DNA of 63,140 bases, counting the filler, from Chiloscyllium plagiosum (Eukaryota), in assembly GCF_004010195.1 (NCBI RefSeq). It is 5 parts of one record of this genome, joined end to end, with 100 filler letters (N's around TTAATTAATTAA, not from the genome) between each part and the next. Parts side by side here need not be neighbours in the genome. Positions count along the whole stretch, not along the records: positions 51,155 to 63,140 come from NC_057710.1; 4 more parts are not named here. One strand, 5' to 3'. Position 1 is the stretch's first letter. Each line of letters begins with the position of its first letter. Shown in pieces: positions 60,295 to 63,140 of this stretch. Made by a program: the position numbers and the translations under genes. A model generated the notes under the pieces. The model was not told where the DNA came from. It did no database searches and saw only the letters and a list, made by a program, of their open reading frames with translations.

Positions 60295-62240
60295 TTTTTA
60301 TTCAGTCATGGATGTGGGCATTGCTGGCTGGGCCAGCAGTTAAAACCCATCCCTAGTTGTGCTCAAGAAGGTGGCAATCAGCTGCCTTCTTGAACTGCTG
60401 TAGTCCATGTCCTTCAGGTAGATCTACAATGTCTTGAGTGAGGGAATTTCAAAATTTTGACCTAGCAATAGGGAAGGAATGGTGATATGTTTACAAGTCA
60501 GGATGGTGAGTTGCTTGGAGGGGAACTCACAGATGGTGATTAGATGTTTAGATTCCCTGCAGTATAGAAACAGGCCCTTCAGCCCAACAAGTCCACTGCG
60601 ACCCTCCAAAGAGTAACCCACCCAGACCCATTCCCCTGATTAATTCACCTAATGCAATGGGCAATTTAGCATAGCCAATTCACCTGACCTGCATGCCTTT
60701 GGATTGGTTTCCATGTATCTATTGCTTTTGTCTTTCTAGTTGATAGTAGTCGTGGGATTGGAAGGTGCTGTTTAAGGATCATTGGTGAATTTCCACAGTG
60801 TATCTTGTTGATCGTGTACACTGCTCCTACTGAGCAGTGGTGGAGGGAACAGATATTTGTTGATGTGGTGCCAATCAAGCAGATTGCATTGCCCTGGATG
60901 GTGTCAAGCCTCTTGAGTATTAATGAAGCTGCATTCATCCAGGCAAATCGGGATTGTTTCATCACACTCTCAACTTTTACCTTGAAGATGCTAGACAGAC
61001 TTTGGAGAATCACTCGCTGCAGTATTCCGACTATCAAACTTGCTCTTGTTGCCACTGTATTTAAATGGCTAGTTCAGTTTTGGGTCAATGGTAATCCCAG
61101 GATGTAGATTGTAGGGATTCAGTGATGGTAATGCCATTGAATTCAAGGGGCTGTCTCTTATTGGAGACGGTCATTGCCTGGCATTTGTGGAGCATGAATG
61201 TTACTTTCTATCTGTTATCCAAGCTGGGATATGGTTCAGGTCTTTCTGCATTTGGACATGGACTGCATCAATACCTGGGAAGTTGTGAACGGTGCTGAAG
61301 ATTGTGCAATCATTTCTGACCTTATGATGAAGGGAAGGTCATTGATGAAGCAGCTGAAGATGGTTGGGCCTGGGACACTACCCTGAGAAACTCCAGCAGA
61401 GATGTCCTGCAGCGGAGATGACTGACCTGTAACAACCTCAATCATCTTCCTTTGTGCGACTTTAACCAGCAGAGAGATTTCCCCAATTCGCATTGACTCC
61501 AGTTTTGTTGGGATTCCTTTTTGCCACAATCGGTAAAATGCAGGCTTAATATCAAGTGCTGTCACTCTCATCTCATCTCTGAAATTCAGCTTTTCTCTTC
61601 AAGTTTGAACCAAGGCTGTAATGAGGTCAAGAGCTGAGTGGCACTGGCAGACCCAAATGTGGCATGAGTGAACATGTAATTGCTGAGCATTTGATGCTTA
61701 ATAGCACTGTTCATGACACCTTCCATCACTTACTCATAATCAACAGTAGACTGATGGGACACTAAATGGCCTGGATTGCTTTGTCCTACTTTTTGAGTAA
61801 AGAACACACCTGGGCAATTTCCCACATGACTGGGTAAATGCTAGTTTCCAGCAAGTTCTGGAAAACAAGTCTTCAGTTCTACTGCCAGAGTGTTGTCAGG
61901 GTCCACAGCCTTTGTGGTATCTAGCACTTTCATGTGTTTCATTATATCGCATGGAATTAACTGAATTAGCTGAAGACTGGTATTTATTTGTGGACCTCTG
62001 TAGAAGACTGAGATGGATCATCCATCCAGCACTTGCTATGAATGTTTCAACCTTACCTTTTGCACTAATGTGCTGCACTCTTCCATGATTGAGGATGGAG
62101 ACTCCTCATCCAAAAATTGTTTAATTGTTCACTTCTATTCATGACGAGATGTGGCAGGACTGCAGGGCTTAGATCAATTGATTGTGGAATTGTTTAGCTC
62201 TGTCAACCACTTGCTACTTATGCTACTTGGCATGCAAGTA
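60295..62240 (-). mobile_element. LINE family 2 relic with nested HE1 3' half (60541-60703)
   Basis: MRVTALDIKPAF..AGVSQGSVPGP..FINDL; tail at 60295-60400. Confidence 0.85.
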
Positions 62241-62247
62241 ATCCACA

Positions 62248-62583
62248 CATCATTTACTGTATCCATTGCTCCCGATGCGGTCTCCTCTACATTGGGAAGA
62301 AAGGATGCCTAATCGCAGAGCGCTTTAGGGAACATCTCCGGTACACCCGCACCAACCAACCCCACCACCCCGTGGCCAAACACATCAACTCCCCATCCTG
62401 AGAACATGCAGGTCCTGGGCCTCCTCTATCACCACTCCCTTACCACCCGATGCCTGGAGGAAGAACACCATGGGACCCTCCAACCCCATGGCATCAATGT
62501 GGATTTCACCAGTTTTCTTATTTCCCCTTCCCCCACCTTATCCCAGTTCCAACCTTCCTACCTGTCCATCTTCCTTCCCACCT
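62248..62583 (+). mobile_element. Penelope-like GIY-YIG relic
   Basis: IYCIHCSRCGLLYIG...ERFREHL...HPVAKH...GTLQPHGINVDF. Confidence 0.88.
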
Positions 62584-63140
62584 ATAAGACCATAAGACCA
62601 TAAGACATAGGAGTGGAAGTAAGGCCATTCGGCCCATCGAGTCCACTCCGCCATTCAATCATGGCTGATGGGCAGTTCAACTCCACTTACCCGGATTCTC
62701 CCTGTAGCCCTTAATTCCTTGTGACATCAAGAATTTATCAATCTCTGCCTTGAAGACATTTAGCGTCCCAGCCTCCACTGCACTCTGCGGCAATGAATTC
62801 CACACTCTCTGGCTGAAGAAATGTCTCCGCATTTCTGTTCTGAATTTACCCCCTCTAATTCTAAGGCTGTGTCCACGGGTCCTAGTCTCCTCGCCTAACG
62901 AAAACAATTTCCTAGCGTCCACCCTTTCCAAGCCATGTATTATCTTGTAAGTTTCTATTAGATCTCCCCTTAATCTTCTAAACTCCAATGAATACAATCC
63001 CAGGATCCTCAGCCGTTCCTCGTATATTAGACCTACCATTCCAGGGATCATCCGTGTGAATCTCCGCTGGACACGCTCCAGTGCCAGTATGTCCTTCCTG
63101 AGGTGTGGGGACCAAAACTGGACACAGTACTCCAAATGGG
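62584..63140 (-). mobile_element. Young CR1 LINE ORF2 C-terminus and tail
   Basis: Uninterrupted EYCVQFWSP...RTRGHSLRIRG...WNSLPQ; (ATAAGACC)n tail. Confidence 0.95.

Noticed and set aside
1..63140. CRISPR arrays, operons or prokaryotic defence systems
   Set aside because: No regularly spaced repeat-spacer array or prokaryotic gene organisation; all RT and nuclease motifs are explained by vertebrate retroelements

Overview
This is a repeat-dense, gene-poor stretch of a cartilaginous-fish (shark/ray) genome. The assignment rests on HE1-type V-SINEs that share their 3' tail with HER1/CR1 LINEs. Most of the 63 kb is broken non-LTR retrotransposons: several CR1 families (two with zinc-finger ORF1 starts and one with an esterase ORF1 relic), L2 relics and a second CR1/L2-group LINE family. 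There are also Penelope-like elements (RT with a YIDD motif, three GIY-YIG endonuclease loci), three SINE families and pogo/Tigger-type MITEs. Five assembly gaps are present, four carrying an artificial TTAATTAATTAA linker. I recognise no host protein-coding gene; there are only weak candidate minus-strand exons. The most notable signals are: (i) many minimal hammerhead-ribozyme motifs at Penelope-like ends, including ~220-bp hairpin insertions with a hammerhead on each strand and 14-15-bp target-site duplications; (ii) a SINE whose middle body matches the sequence upstream of its partner LINE's endonuclease; (iii) locally templated insertions with microhomology or flanking direct repeats. Family names are by recognition, not database search, and boundaries of old repeats are approximate.
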